NCBI GenBank assembly: GCA_947311265.1
Contig: CAMZKQ010000227.1
Coordinates: 1 to 37,231, forward strand
DNA: 37,231 nucleotides
Source: an uncultured Chlorobiota bacterium
GTDB lineage: Bacteria; Bacteroidota; Bacteroidia; Bacteroidales; JAADGE01
Reading direction: 5' to 3'
A program made the translations under genes and the position numbers. Each line of letters starts with the position of its first letter. Within the stretch, counting starts at the first letter, position 1. Below are positions 1 to 9,172 of the stretch, in pieces. The notes below the pieces were generated by a model. The model was not told where the DNA came from and searched no databases. It was given only the letters and a program-made list of their open reading frames with translations.

Positions 1-2
1 CC

Positions 3-452
3 CTACAACTCACCGCCACTACCGAAGCAGGAAGTAGCTTACCAGCTTGGCTAACATTCAATACCCAAACGCAAACTTTCTCGGGTACGCCAAGCCTTAG
101 CGAAATACTGAATATAAAAGTTACCGCCACTGACGATTTAGGTGCATTTGCCTCCGATATTTTTACACTTACTGTTGAAAATACTGTAGGCGTAAAAGGC
201 TTACACAGTACCTACATCAACATATACCCCAACCCTACAGAAGATTACTTTTACCTTACTGTAGGCAGCGAAATTTCGAGTTACAGCATCAAAGTATTCT
301 CCGTTTCCGGAAAAGAAGTAAGAAATTTTAACACCATTAAAAATACAACAACACAAAAAATTGACCTTTCAGGAATTGCCAAAGGCATTTATTTCATGGA
401 AATAAACCTTGATGGGAAATTTAAAGTACACAAAAAGGTGGTTCTAAAATAA
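3..452 (+). CDS. 3' fragment of a secreted protein with a cadherin-like/Ig-like repeat and a T9SS C-terminal sorting domain (5' end lies outside the window)
   Basis: Frame 3 is open from the window edge to TAA at 450-452. The translation reads ...LPAWLTFNTQTQTFSGTP...VTATDDLGAFASDIFTLTVEN, then NIYPNPTEDYFYLTV...GIYFMEINLDGKFKVHKKVVLK, a typical Bacteroidota Por/T9SS CTD. It is absent from the ORF track because no start codon lies in the window. Confidence 0.8.
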   Translation, partial: LQLTATTEAGSSLPAWLTFNTQTQTFSGTPSLSEILNIKVTATDDLGAFASDIFTLTVENTVGVKGLHSTYINIYPNPTEDYFYLTVGSEISSYSIKVFSVSGKEVRNFNTIKNTTTQKIDLSGIAKGIYFMEINLDGKFKVHKKVVLK

Positions 453-513
453 GGTGCAAATTTTTATTTTCATGTTTTATAAATTTGGCTTACCAAAGGT
501 TTCTTTTTCTACC

Positions 514-544
514 TTTGAAAAGGGCTGGAATTGTTTTATATTTG
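514..544 (+). promoter_or_regulatory. Bacteroidota sigma-A type promoter candidate: TTTG, 19 nt, TATATTTG
   Basis: TTTG at 514-517 and TATATTTG at 537-544, separated by 19 nt, sit 47 nt upstream of the ATG at 591. This matches the published Bacteroides -33/-7 consensus TTTG-N19-21-TAnnTTTG. Confidence 0.5.
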
Positions 545-590
545 CAGTCTTATTTTTCAGTACCTACAAATAACTCCAAATTTATAAAAC

Positions 591-2177
591 ATGAAAATTA
601 AATACAGTTTATTATTTCTGATATTTACAGCCACAATTTATAGCACGCCACTATATTCGCAGCAATTATATAAGGTGTATTTTTCAGATAAAGATGGTGT
701 ACAATTTTCGCCTTACCAATATTTCGATGCCAAGGCAATTGAACGCCGACTTAACTCTGGCATTTCCATTTATCAAAAATCCGATTTTCCTTTGCGGGAA
801 GACTATGTAGCTAAAATTTCGGCAATTACAGGCAAAAATAACTTTAAAATCCGTTGGTTTAACCTCGTTTTTACAGAAGCCACCCCAGAGCAGCTTGCCG
901 AAATATCAAAGCTCCCCTTTGTTGTAAAAATTGAACAATCAATTTTGCAAACCCAACCTGCTAGTACAAACTACAGTACCGACTTAACTCCGGGGGAGGA
1001 GCGTCTGCTCAAAAATCAGATTTTGCATTTACAAGGCAATTTATTTCATGATGCCAATATAAAAGGGCAAGGCATACGTATTGCCGTATTCGATGCAGGT
1101 TTTCCTCAGACCAATACTAGCCCCGCTTTTGAGCATATCCGAAAAAATAATAGGATTATTAAGACTTACGATTTTGCAAAAAATAAAGAATTTGTGTATG
1201 CACACAATGCCCACGGCACTATGGTACTCTCTTGCATTGCAGGAATTGCCGACGGCAAGCCGATAGGCCTAGCCACCGAAGCCGAATTTTTATTGGCACG
1301 CACAGAAGTGGCTACCGAGCCATTTTCGGAAGAAAAGAACTGGCTAGCAGCGGCTCAATGGGCAGATAAAAATGGGGCAGACATTATCAATAGCTCCTTA
1401 GGTTACACTTACCACCGCTATTTTACTTGGCAAATGGACGGAAAAATTAGCCTTGTAGCAAGAGCTGCCAACATGGCGGCATCAAAAGGCATATTGGTGG
1501 TAAATGCCATGGGCAACGATGGCAGCGGCGACTAGAAAGTACTTGGCACACCTGCCGATGCCGATAGCATAATAAGCGTTGGTGGGATAGACCCAAAAAC
1601 ATATTTCCACCAATCATTTAGTTCTTTTGGTCCTACTTCCGATATGCGAATGAAGCCTAATATTTCTGCATTTTCAACAGCTATTGTTGCTGGGAAAGAT
1701 AAGCTAAAAAAAGCACAAGGCACTTCTTTTTCATCGCCACTTACTGCGGGTTTTGCGGCTTGTGCTTGGCAAACCATGCGTAAAAAAAATAGCTCTACAA
1801 CAAATATGGAAGTTTTTACTGCCCTCCAAAAATCAGCAAATTTATACCCCTATTTCGATTATGCACACGGCTATGGCATACCACAAGCCTCTTATTTTTT
1901 AACTGGCAAAAAAGAAGTAGAGCCTACTTTTAGTTTTGAACGAACTGGCGATACTGTTAATATCAAAGCAAAATCGAATTATATAAAGACGGCGGGAAAA
2001 GATAGGCGAAACTACCTTTTTGTTCATGTTGTTGATTCTAAAAATAAGATTCTAAAATACTGGATGGTGGAGGTTTTCCAAGAAGATGCTTTTTCTATTG
2101 ATTTAGTCAATTTCCCGAGAGGTGAAAAAATACAAGCTCACTTTCAGTCTTACACCAATTCGTTTGAAATTAAGTAA
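591..2177 (+). pseudogene. Subtilisin-like serine peptidase (family S8) interrupted by an in-frame TAG at 1533-1535
   Basis: ORFs 591-1535 and 1644-2177 share one frame (both starts are divisible by 3). The catalytic Asp (IAVFDAGF) and His (HGTMVLSC) are in the first part; the Ser (GTSFSSPLTAG) is in the second. The stretch after the stop reads through as KVLGTPADADSIISVGG, which is conserved S8 sequence. There is an N-terminal signal peptide. Confidence 0.85.
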
Positions 2178-2384
2178 CTAAAGTTTAGGAGTTGTTAATA
2201 TATTAATAATAAGGGTATTACAAGAAAAATCAAAACCTGTTAATTGCATGGTAATCAATAGAATAGAAATGTGAAAAAATTGCATAATTAAATATAAATT
2301 ACTTAAAAAAACTCATCTAACTTGGTTTTGTATTCATATTTTAAAAATAGGGGGTCTATTTTTCTGCAAAAGCCAATAATGAGT

Positions 2385-2397
2385 CCGGTCTAAAAAC
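2385..2397 (+). repeat. CCGGTCTAAAAAC motif, copy 1 (upstream of the XRE gene)
   Basis: An exact 13-mer, repeated at 2775-2787 and, with 1 mismatch each, at 23046-23058 (+) and 23153-23165 (-). An adjacent 8-bp-stem hairpin, aaaaatag-ggggt-ctattttt (2343-2363), also contains GGTCTA. Confidence 0.8.
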
Positions 2398-2555
2398 TGT
2401 AAATGAGCAAGTTGCAGATGTTAAATAATATTTTTTAAGGAAACTCAAGTATTTTTCATAAAATCAATTTTCTAACTTTAATTAATATTTAATCTACTAT
2501 AAATTACATTATTTTTTATTTCTTTGTACCCAAGGAACTTAAACTAATATAACAA

Positions 2556-2768
2556 ATGGAAAACTTACTAGCCAAAACTCTTGCCCACAGGGGCATGACA
2601 GGTAGCCAATTGGCTGAAAAGGTAAAGGTGAATAGAAATACAATACAATCTATCAGTACGAAGGAGTTTATACCTAGTATTAGCTTAGCATTGCGAATAG
2701 CACAAGAGCTAAAAACAGATGTAGAGGAAATATTTCAGCTCGAAGAGCATGAATATCCAGAGCCTTAA
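2556..2768 (+). CDS. Small XRE/Cro-C1 family helix-turn-helix transcriptional regulator (70 aa)
   Basis: Translation MTGSQLAEKVKVNRNTIQSISTKEFIPSISLALRIAQELKTDVEEIF fits the HTH_3 pattern (helix, turn, recognition helix, then ...IA..L...). Confidence 0.85.
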   Translation: MENLLAKTLAHRGMTGSQLAEKVKVNRNTIQSISTKEFIPSISLALRIAQELKTDVEEIFQLEEHEYPEP

Positions 2769-2774
2769 TGAAGC

Positions 2775-2787
2775 CCGGTCTAAAAAC
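2775..2787 (+). repeat. CCGGTCTAAAAAC motif, copy 2 (immediately after the XRE stop codon)
   Basis: Exact copy of 2385-2397. It is followed by gccaccctgcgagtttt, which resembles gtcgccctgcgggtagtttt in the 23.1-kb element. Confidence 0.8.
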
Positions 2788-2914
2788 AAAAAAAAGAGTA
2801 ATTAGCCACCCTGCGAGTTTTGTAACTAACTGGTTTTCAGTAGCTGATTTTGCGTATTTTGCAAACATACCAGACTAAGTTCATTAATTTTTAACAAAAT
2901 TAATTTTTTTTTTG

Positions 2915-2922
2915 TACCTTTG
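2915..2922 (+). promoter_or_regulatory. -7 box candidate TACCTTTG
   Basis: Matches TAnnTTTG, 33 nt upstream of the ATG at 2955. Confidence 0.35.
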
Positions 2923-2954
2923 TTTTTATCACTTAAACACTTAGGTTTATAACT

Positions 2955-3269
2955 ATGGCTTTTTTTTCAGGATTACGAGGATTTAGGATACCATCGCATA
3001 GGCAATTTGACTATCGCCCAGTATTTTATGATGAGCGAAAGGAGAAACTCTCCGCTAAAATAAAAAAGCAAGAAGAGCTAGATATTAAAATTGAATCTGG
3101 CGAATATACACCCAACGTTAAAGGGAAAATTAAGGAATATTATAATAAGTCGCCTCGGCGAAAGCAAGTTCGCTCGTCTAATATTCGCTTAGTTATTTTT
3201 ATTGTAGTTCTTTCTTTTGGGGCGTACTATTTCCTTAATAATGAAATTTCAGCCCTCTTAGGGTTTTAA
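2955..3269 (+). CDS. Hypothetical small protein with a C-terminal transmembrane helix
   Basis: 104-aa ORF with a charged, K/E-rich N-terminal part and one hydrophobic helix (IRLVIFIVVLSFGAYYFL). I recognise no family motif. Confidence 0.5.
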   Translation: MAFFSGLRGFRIPSHRQFDYRPVFYDERKEKLSAKIKKQEELDIKIESGEYTPNVKGKIKEYYNKSPRRKQVRSSNIRLVIFIVVLSFGAYYFLNNEISALLGF

Positions 3270-3310
3270 GTTTGACCTAGCAACTCTATTGCTTTTTCTT
3301 TTACAATGGT

Positions 3311-5470
3311 TTAATTATCTTCTTTTAAATCTTCAATTACAAAAACATTTTTTTTTATTTTAGCTTTAAAGTTTGTTTCAGTAACGTTGAGTATCATTTC
3401 TCGCCTATCTGTTATTATGTTTTTAACGTAAGGGATTTTCACACCTTTTGTGCCTGGCACTTCTCTATAATCTGAAAAGAAAACCACTTTATCGACTTCT
3501 TTGCCGCTACTATTGCTTAGAAATTCGGTGCGTATATGCAGTTTTGTTTTAGCATCAAAATAATCAAACTGCTGCTTGCCCGATGGCATTGTTGCTTTTA
3601 CCGAATAAAAGGTTTGTCCCTCTTCGGTAAATCGCCCAATAATTTCTGTTTCGGTGCTATCAGCAAAATAATTGTAGGCATCAAAAGGTTTGCTAAGTGC
3701 AATCACTTCCTGTAAATCAGCTCCGGTAAGTTCTCTTTTACCTTCGGCAGTTTCTAAGGTGGCTCTGCTGCCATCGAATACTTTTTTTTCTATCAGGATT
3801 TTCTTTATCGTATCAATTACAATTTTTTCAAATTTAGTGCCATTACTGGTAAATCCTACTTTAACAGGCTTTAGAAAGTAGGAGGCGGAGTCCAAATATA
3901 GCCAAAGTTCGGAGCTAAATTTTTCTTTTTTCCGGTAAGTGGTCATTTTTACAGGGTAGGTTTTCCCTTCTGATTTATAAGTGCCCTCTGCCTTTATTAT
4001 TTGCCCTTTTTTTGAGATTTCGGTGGAATTTACAGTATTAAAAAAAGAGTTTGCAATTCTTTTAGGACCAAATCCTTTTTTTATAATTTCCACAATGGTA
4101 TCATTTTTTAGGGTATAAATATCGGCATGGTCAGTCATTTTAAGTAGTTCGTTAAACCAAATATCTAAGTTGCCTTTTATTACGGTTAGCATTTTTGATT
4201 TTTCAAAATTATCGGTCATAAATGCTGTTAGCTCTTCGGGCTCTGCAAATTTTAATTTTTCGCTATAGTCAGAAAAGAAGTTCTGTTTTAGTTTATTTTT
4301 CCAGATATAATCAAGCATAATACTTAATTCGTTGGGGCGAAGTAAATCATTAAGAAACTCTTGGTTTAGGGAATTTCCAGTATTTTTCAATAGGGCTTCT
4401 GCAATAGGGGCATTCAAAAATGATTTTTTTATCTCAAATGCTGCGTTTACTGCCTCGGCCAATTTATCTGCTTTGCAGGAAGCTTGCATCGTCCAGACTG
4501 CCGTTGATGTGCAAGCCAATATCTCGGACGAGCAGTTTTGTGCCAAGTTGTAACTGCCGCCCAACTCGGTAAAGAAGTAGCCTGTATTGGGGTGTCCAAA
4601 GGTACTACTTCCCAGTGTGGTAATTGCTAATTTTTCGGGATTTAGCGTGCCTACTTTTAGGCTTACTGTGGCAAAATCACAGTTATCAATGTATTTTTTA
4701 TCGTCCTTATGAAAAAAGTAAATAGCATCTTCCTGTAAAGGGAGGTTTTTAATTTTCTTAAATTTTCGTGATTTTTTTTTACCTAAATTCTGAAAATAAA
4801 TTTCGGCTTTTTCAAAAACCTCTTTTGCGGGGGCATTGGTTATTACCACGATGTGCTTGGGCGAATTACGCATAAATTGGTTATAGTAGCGCTTACAGTC
4901 TTCTTGGTAGATTAAATTTATAGAGTCGCCCAGTATTTTCCCATTGCAAAAATGCCCTTTTTCGTAAACCGAACTTATCGCTTTTATGGCTGTTAGTTCT
5001 GGCTCGCCTCGTAGCTGTTGGGATTTTATGAGTTTCTGCTTAAACTTTTTCAGCAATTTTTTATCAAACCGAGGTTGCTGTAGCGGAATCATCATTGTAA
5101 GAAAAATGCTATCGAAGTTACTCCCTGACGAAAGGGTTATTAGTGAGTTTTCGAGGCTCGAAATTAGAATGCCTTTTTCGTTCACCCAGTTTTTATAGAG
5201 GATTGGTGCTAGCGTATCTGTGCCTTCGCACAGTAGTTGCCCGGTTAGCTTTGCCAGCTGCACTTTGCTTTCTATTTGGGCTGGATTGGGGTGAAAAAAC
5301 AGCCTACAAAAAGTGGCATCGTTCATTTTATTTTCGATACAAGTTACTGCTACTCCGCTTTTTGTAGTGTATGTTTTGGCTTCCGATAGGGCGACAAGAA
5401 TCTGCTCTGTTTGTGAGAAAACAGGTCGGAAAAATAATATCAGCGAAAGCATTACAAGTATTTTTTTCAA
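3311..5470 (-). CDS. Secreted hypothetical protein (719 aa), possibly a distant non-catalytic M16/insulinase-like fold
   Basis: Long uninterrupted ORF with a signal peptide (MKKILVMLSLILFFRPVFSQ). No HxxEH zinc motif is visible. It ends 4 nt from the upstream MORN-repeat gene, so the two are probably co-transcribed. Confidence 0.8.
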   Translation of the reverse strand: MKKILVMLSLILFFRPVFSQTEQILVALSEAKTYTTKSGVAVTCIENKMNDATFCRLFFHPNPAQIESKVQLAKLTGQLLCEGTDTLAPILYKNWVNEKGILISSLENSLITLSSGSNFDSIFLTMMIPLQQPRFDKKLLKKFKQKLIKSQQLRGEPELTAIKAISSVYEKGHFCNGKILGDSINLIYQEDCKRYYNQFMRNSPKHIVVITNAPAKEVFEKAEIYFQNLGKKKSRKFKKIKNLPLQEDAIYFFHKDDKKYIDNCDFATVSLKVGTLNPEKLAITTLGSSTFGHPNTGYFFTELGGSYNLAQNCSSEILACTSTAVWTMQASCKADKLAEAVNAAFEIKKSFLNAPIAEALLKNTGNSLNQEFLNDLLRPNELSIMLDYIWKNKLKQNFFSDYSEKLKFAEPEELTAFMTDNFEKSKMLTVIKGNLDIWFNELLKMTDHADIYTLKNDTIVEIIKKGFGPKRIANSFFNTVNSTEISKKGQIIKAEGTYKSEGKTYPVKMTTYRKKEKFSSELWLYLDSASYFLKPVKVGFTSNGTKFEKIVIDTIKKILIEKKVFDGSRATLETAEGKRELTGADLQEVIALSKPFDAYNYFADSTETEIIGRFTEEGQTFYSVKATMPSGKQQFDYFDAKTKLHIRTEFLSNSSGKEVDKVVFFSDYREVPGTKGVKIPYVKNIITDRREMILNVTETNFKAKIKKNVFVIEDLKEDN

Positions 5471-5474
5471 GGTG

Positions 5475-7232
5475 TTATCTAAATCCGTTGCGTTGCGTAT
5501 TTTTCATTTTATTGATAATGACTTTTGTCTTTTTTCCGTTTTTGTATTGGGCTTCATAGGTAACTTTCCCTTGGCGGTCGTAGAATTTTTCGTGCCCATT
5601 TTTTCGTCCATCTTTGTAGTTGGTTTCTCGCATCACCTGTGTTCCCCGAGGATACCAAAGTACTGATTTCCCGTTTCGTTTTCCATTTTTAAATGTTTCG
5701 AGTCGTTCTTTATGCCCGTTTCGTTTATAAATTATCCATGGGCCGTGTTTCATGCCGTTTTTGTAGAAGCCGGAGTTTTTAAGGTTACCGTCTAGGTAAT
5801 AGTCTTCAAATTTTCCATTTCTAATGCCTTCTTTGTAGCTTTCGAGCCTGTCTTTTGAGCCATTTTTTTTCCAGTAGGTGGCGGTACCGTCCTTAAAATT
5901 CAGCTTGTAGTTTACAATGTACTTTTTCTTCCCATCAGGGAATTTGGCTTCCCATTTTTTGTCCATTTTTCCATGTACAAAGGCACCTTTCATTTCTGGT
6001 TTTCCGTTTTTATAGAAAGACTCCCATGTTCCGTTTTCTTTATCGCCATCGAACACACCTTTATAATATACATTCCCATTTTCAAAGTAAACGGTTTGCA
6101 GGCCTTGTCTAATGCCTTTTACAAAAGGTACTGTTTTCCAAACTTCTCCTGTGGTGTACCAGTAGGTCCATGTGCCTTCCATTAGTCCATTTTTGTACAT
6201 TCCTTCGTTGCCTTTTACGGTTACTTTTTTGCCTTTTATCGAGTCGTTTTGCCAATAGCTCCATTTGCCGTGCATCGTATCATTTTTAAAATGGCCGTCT
6301 ATATCTGGCTTGCCATCTATCTGATACCAGTGTGCAACACCATGTTTTAATCCATTTTTGTAATTTACTTCAATTCTTTTTATTCCTTTGGGGTTATAGA
6401 TTTGGTGTAGCCCATCTTTTTTTCCTAAAATATAATTTCCTTTTTTCTGTACTTTTCCGTTTTCGTACCAGTACGTCCATATACTGTCTTTTTTTCCCGC
6501 AGTATATCGCCCTTCAATTTCTTTTGTTCCATCAGGATACCACGCAATGTGTATGCCATTTTCGTAGTTTAGGATACTTTCTTTTTTTCCGTTTTTATAC
6601 CAGCGTTGCCATTTTTTTATTTTTTGCCCTTTGGCGTAAGTCCCTTCTGAAAAAGGGTTGCCATTCCGGAAGTAGGCTTTAAAAGGGCCCTCTCTAAGTC
6701 CGTTTTTATAACTGCCCGTTTCTTTTATTTTTCCATTATCGAAATATTCGGCATAAGTGCCATTTCCATTTTTAACTAATGCTTTTCCGTCCTCTGCAAA
6801 AAAGCTTATTAATTTGCCTTTATTTTCTTTAAAGGACTCCTCTTTTTTTAATTTTCCTGATGTGTAAAACCTTTTCCAAAGGCTGTCTTTTTTGTTTTTT
6901 TTAAAAAATCCACTAAGCTTTATTTTTCCATTTTCGTACCATTCTACATAATGTCCTGTTTGGTAAGCGTTTCTAAAATAGCCTTCGCTTTGCTTGCCTT
7001 TATTGGGGTAATAAAATGTTGTTCTACCATTAACAAAGCCATGGCTAAATTCGGTTTCTTGTTCCAAAATGCCTTTAGAGTTCCAGTATTTCCATATCCC
7101 ATGCTCCTTACCGTCTTTAAGTAGGCCTTCGCTTTTTTTAGTTCCATTTTTCCATTTGTAGGTTTTTAGCTCTTGGGAGAATGTAAAAATGGAAACCGTA
7201 GAAAGTATTGAAATTATCAATAATTTTTTCAT
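5475..7232 (-). CDS. MORN-variant (YwqK-like) repeat protein, secreted (585 aa)
   Basis: Signal peptide followed by roughly two dozen ~23-aa repeats of the form G.W..(W/Y)Y.NGk.k.eG.y.nG.k.G.W, for example HGIWKYWNSKGILEQETEFSHGFVNG. Confidence 0.9.
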   Translation of the reverse strand: MKKLLIISILSTVSIFTFSQELKTYKWKNGTKKSEGLLKDGKEHGIWKYWNSKGILEQETEFSHGFVNGRTTFYYPNKGKQSEGYFRNAYQTGHYVEWYENGKIKLSGFFKKNKKDSLWKRFYTSGKLKKEESFKENKGKLISFFAEDGKALVKNGNGTYAEYFDNGKIKETGSYKNGLREGPFKAYFRNGNPFSEGTYAKGQKIKKWQRWYKNGKKESILNYENGIHIAWYPDGTKEIEGRYTAGKKDSIWTYWYENGKVQKKGNYILGKKDGLHQIYNPKGIKRIEVNYKNGLKHGVAHWYQIDGKPDIDGHFKNDTMHGKWSYWQNDSIKGKKVTVKGNEGMYKNGLMEGTWTYWYTTGEVWKTVPFVKGIRQGLQTVYFENGNVYYKGVFDGDKENGTWESFYKNGKPEMKGAFVHGKMDKKWEAKFPDGKKKYIVNYKLNFKDGTATYWKKNGSKDRLESYKEGIRNGKFEDYYLDGNLKNSGFYKNGMKHGPWIIYKRNGHKERLETFKNGKRNGKSVLWYPRGTQVMRETNYKDGRKNGHEKFYDRQGKVTYEAQYKNGKKTKVIINKMKNTQRNGFR

Positions 7233-7443
7233 TATGTTCTAGTTTTTATCTTTTTTAACGAAAAAGGTGTGCCGAAAAGTGCATAAGCACTATAAGTCGT
7301 ATTTTGTGCAAATTTAAAGTAAAATTATTCGGAAAATTAAAAAACAAAATAATTTATTTAGCATAAGTAGCGTTTTTTTTAAAGAAAAGGGCAATTTGTT
7401 TTATGAAATTTATTTTTTTTTTAGTTTATCAAAATTTTATATG

Positions 7444-7451
7444 TATCTTTG
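7444..7451 (+). promoter_or_regulatory. -7 box candidate TATCTTTG
   Basis: Matches TAnnTTTG in the 335-bp AT-rich spacer upstream of 7568. Confidence 0.35.
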
Positions 7452-7567
7452 CTTGATATTATGATTTTTTCAAGTTGCCTTATTTAAAATTTGGTACGAC
7501 TTTTGAATAAGTAATAAATAATAACCCAACTAATTTTAAAATTGACCTCAATAATTCTCTATATTTT

Positions 7568-7765
7568 ATGAAAAAATTTCTTCTTCTTTGTGCTTTTATT
7601 ATAGCACTTTTAGTTACTCCTATTTTTGTACAAACTGCCGCCAGCCAGCCCCCTCCACCACCACCACAAGATATTCCTATTGATGGGGGACTAAGTATAT
7701 TGCTAATTGCAGGTGCTGCTTATGGTGCAAAACGTTTGCATGCAGCAAAGAAAGAACAGGATTAA
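7568..7765 (+). CDS. 65-aa mini-protein: signal peptide, poly-Pro run and a PEP-CTERM-like 'PIDGG' C-terminal sorting signal
   Basis: The translation reads MKKFLLLCAFIIALLVTPIFVQTAAS (signal), QPPPPPPQD (poly-Pro), IPIDGG (motif), LSILLIAGAAYGA (TM helix), KRLHAAKKEQD (basic tail). It ends 21 nt before the exosortase-family gene. Confidence 0.7.
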   Translation: MKKFLLLCAFIIALLVTPIFVQTAASQPPPPPPQDIPIDGGLSILLIAGAAYGAKRLHAAKKEQD

Positions 7766-7786
7766 GAATAGTGCAACTCGTTTTTA

Positions 7787-8368
7787 ATGCCCAAAACAAC
7801 GACTAGAATAAACTTCAGCTCTTTATGGATTCGTTTTTTGATTTCGAGCTTGGTTCTTTTTATCTCGTTTATCGTCTTTTACTATGTACTCCGAGAAATT
7901 AAATTTATCAACGATTTATATGTTGATGTGTTAAACCACTTTGCAACATTTCTATTAACTAGCTCCCAAACATTTACCGAACTATTTGGTTTTGAAGTAA
8001 CTATATACGGAAAAACCATCAGAATTATAGATGGGCTAAAGGCACATGGTGTATATTTAGACCGTGGTTGTATGGGGCGAAATGTAATGCTTGGCTTTAT
8101 AGGCTTTATTATAGCTTTCCCGGGTAAAATAAAAGACAAATTTTGGTACATACCGTTAGGCCTAATCATTTTAATTTTTGTTAATATCCTCAGGATTTCG
8201 GGTCTAGCAATAGTTGCATACTGTTGCCCAGAATATAGTGATGTAAACCATCATATTATTTTTAAATATACTGCATGGGCGGTAATTTTAATTCTCTGGA
8301 TAATCTGGATAAACAAATTTAGCCCTGTAAAGCTAAAAAAATCAAAAGATAAAATGCCGATAGATTAA
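7787..8368 (+). CDS. Exosortase/archaeosortase-family integral membrane transpeptidase (XrtF-like, 193 aa)
   Basis: Polytopic membrane protein with candidate catalytic residues in the family order: Cys (YLDRGCMGRNVM), Arg (FVNILRISGLAIV) and His (DVNHHIIFKY). The small size and the C-terminus ...LWIIWINKFS resemble Bacteroidota XrtF as I remember it. Confidence 0.65.
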   Translation: MPKTTTRINFSSLWIRFLISSLVLFISFIVFYYVLREIKFINDLYVDVLNHFATFLLTSSQTFTELFGFEVTIYGKTIRIIDGLKAHGVYLDRGCMGRNVMLGFIGFIIAFPGKIKDKFWYIPLGLIILIFVNILRISGLAIVAYCCPEYSDVNHHIIFKYTAWAVILILWIIWINKFSPVKLKKSKDKMPID

Positions 8369-8390
8369 CTCCCCTTTTACTAGATACCTG

Positions 8391-9146
8391 CTATTTAAAA
8401 AATTGCATACTTCCTCTTCCACACGAGGCATTGCCCCAAAAGCCGAAGAAATAATTTATTTCCAAAAGTATTTGGGCTGAAAACGGATTTGTTGTTTCCG
8501 ATAATTGGTAGGCAGGTGCATAAACGCCATCGTTTAAGATCGAAAATGATTTATCTGGGGTAAAATCGCTTAAAGAGTAATTTAACCTTGCCCCCAATTT
8601 CCCAGAAACCCGCTCTGTATGGAAGATTGAAATCCCTGCACCTAGCATTATACTTGTGAACTGGCTAGCATACTGTGCTTGTAACTTTTCAATCGTTAAA
8701 AACTCGGTGGCCTGAATTGAGTTGGTTAGGGTTGCCGATTTTAACATCGAAATTTTAGGCCCTACTTCAAAATATCCGCCATATTCAGAGGTATATCTGA
8801 AAAAGAAGAGAATCTCAGTCGATTTCATATCCATTTTTTTTGTGTAAGAAGCCCCCCCAGCAGCAATATCGTAATTTTGCCCAAATTTAGAATACAGCCC
8901 CTCTGCCCCAAAGCCAATATTATCGCCAACTGTAATGGTGAAGCGGCTACCCAAAAAGTAACTTGGCGTAAAAACATCTAGATTTACATTTTTGTCGGTC
9001 TGGTAATCTTTATTGTATAGAATAGAGTTGCCACCGCCAGCTTTTACCGAAAGGCTAAGCCATTTTATAGTACTGCCTCGTCGGTGCTGGGCAAAAATAT
9101 TGCCCGAGAAAATGAGTAATGCAAGTATTATTATAATTTTTTTCAT
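8391..9146 (-). CDS. Outer-membrane beta-barrel protein (PorT/OprF-like porin family)
   Basis: Signal peptide, alternating hydrophobic beta-strand pattern, and a terminal aromatic residue (...GSMQFFK). Confidence 0.75.
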   Translation of the reverse strand: MKKIIIILALLIFSGNIFAQHRRGSTIKWLSLSVKAGGGNSILYNKDYQTDKNVNLDVFTPSYFLGSRFTITVGDNIGFGAEGLYSKFGQNYDIAAGGASYTKKMDMKSTEILFFFRYTSEYGGYFEVGPKISMLKSATLTNSIQATEFLTIEKLQAQYASQFTSIMLGAGISIFHTERVSGKLGARLNYSLSDFTPDKSFSILNDGVYAPAYQLSETTNPFSAQILLEINYFFGFWGNASCGRGSMQFFK

Positions 9147-9172
9147 GTTTCAGTTTTTAAGTTATTGCTAAT

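Noticed and set aside
5475-7232. Periodic ~69-nt repetition that could be mistaken for a CRISPR-like or tandem DNA repeat
   Set aside because: The periodicity is at the protein level (MORN-variant repeats) inside one uninterrupted ORF. The DNA copies are divergent and there is no repeat-spacer architecture.
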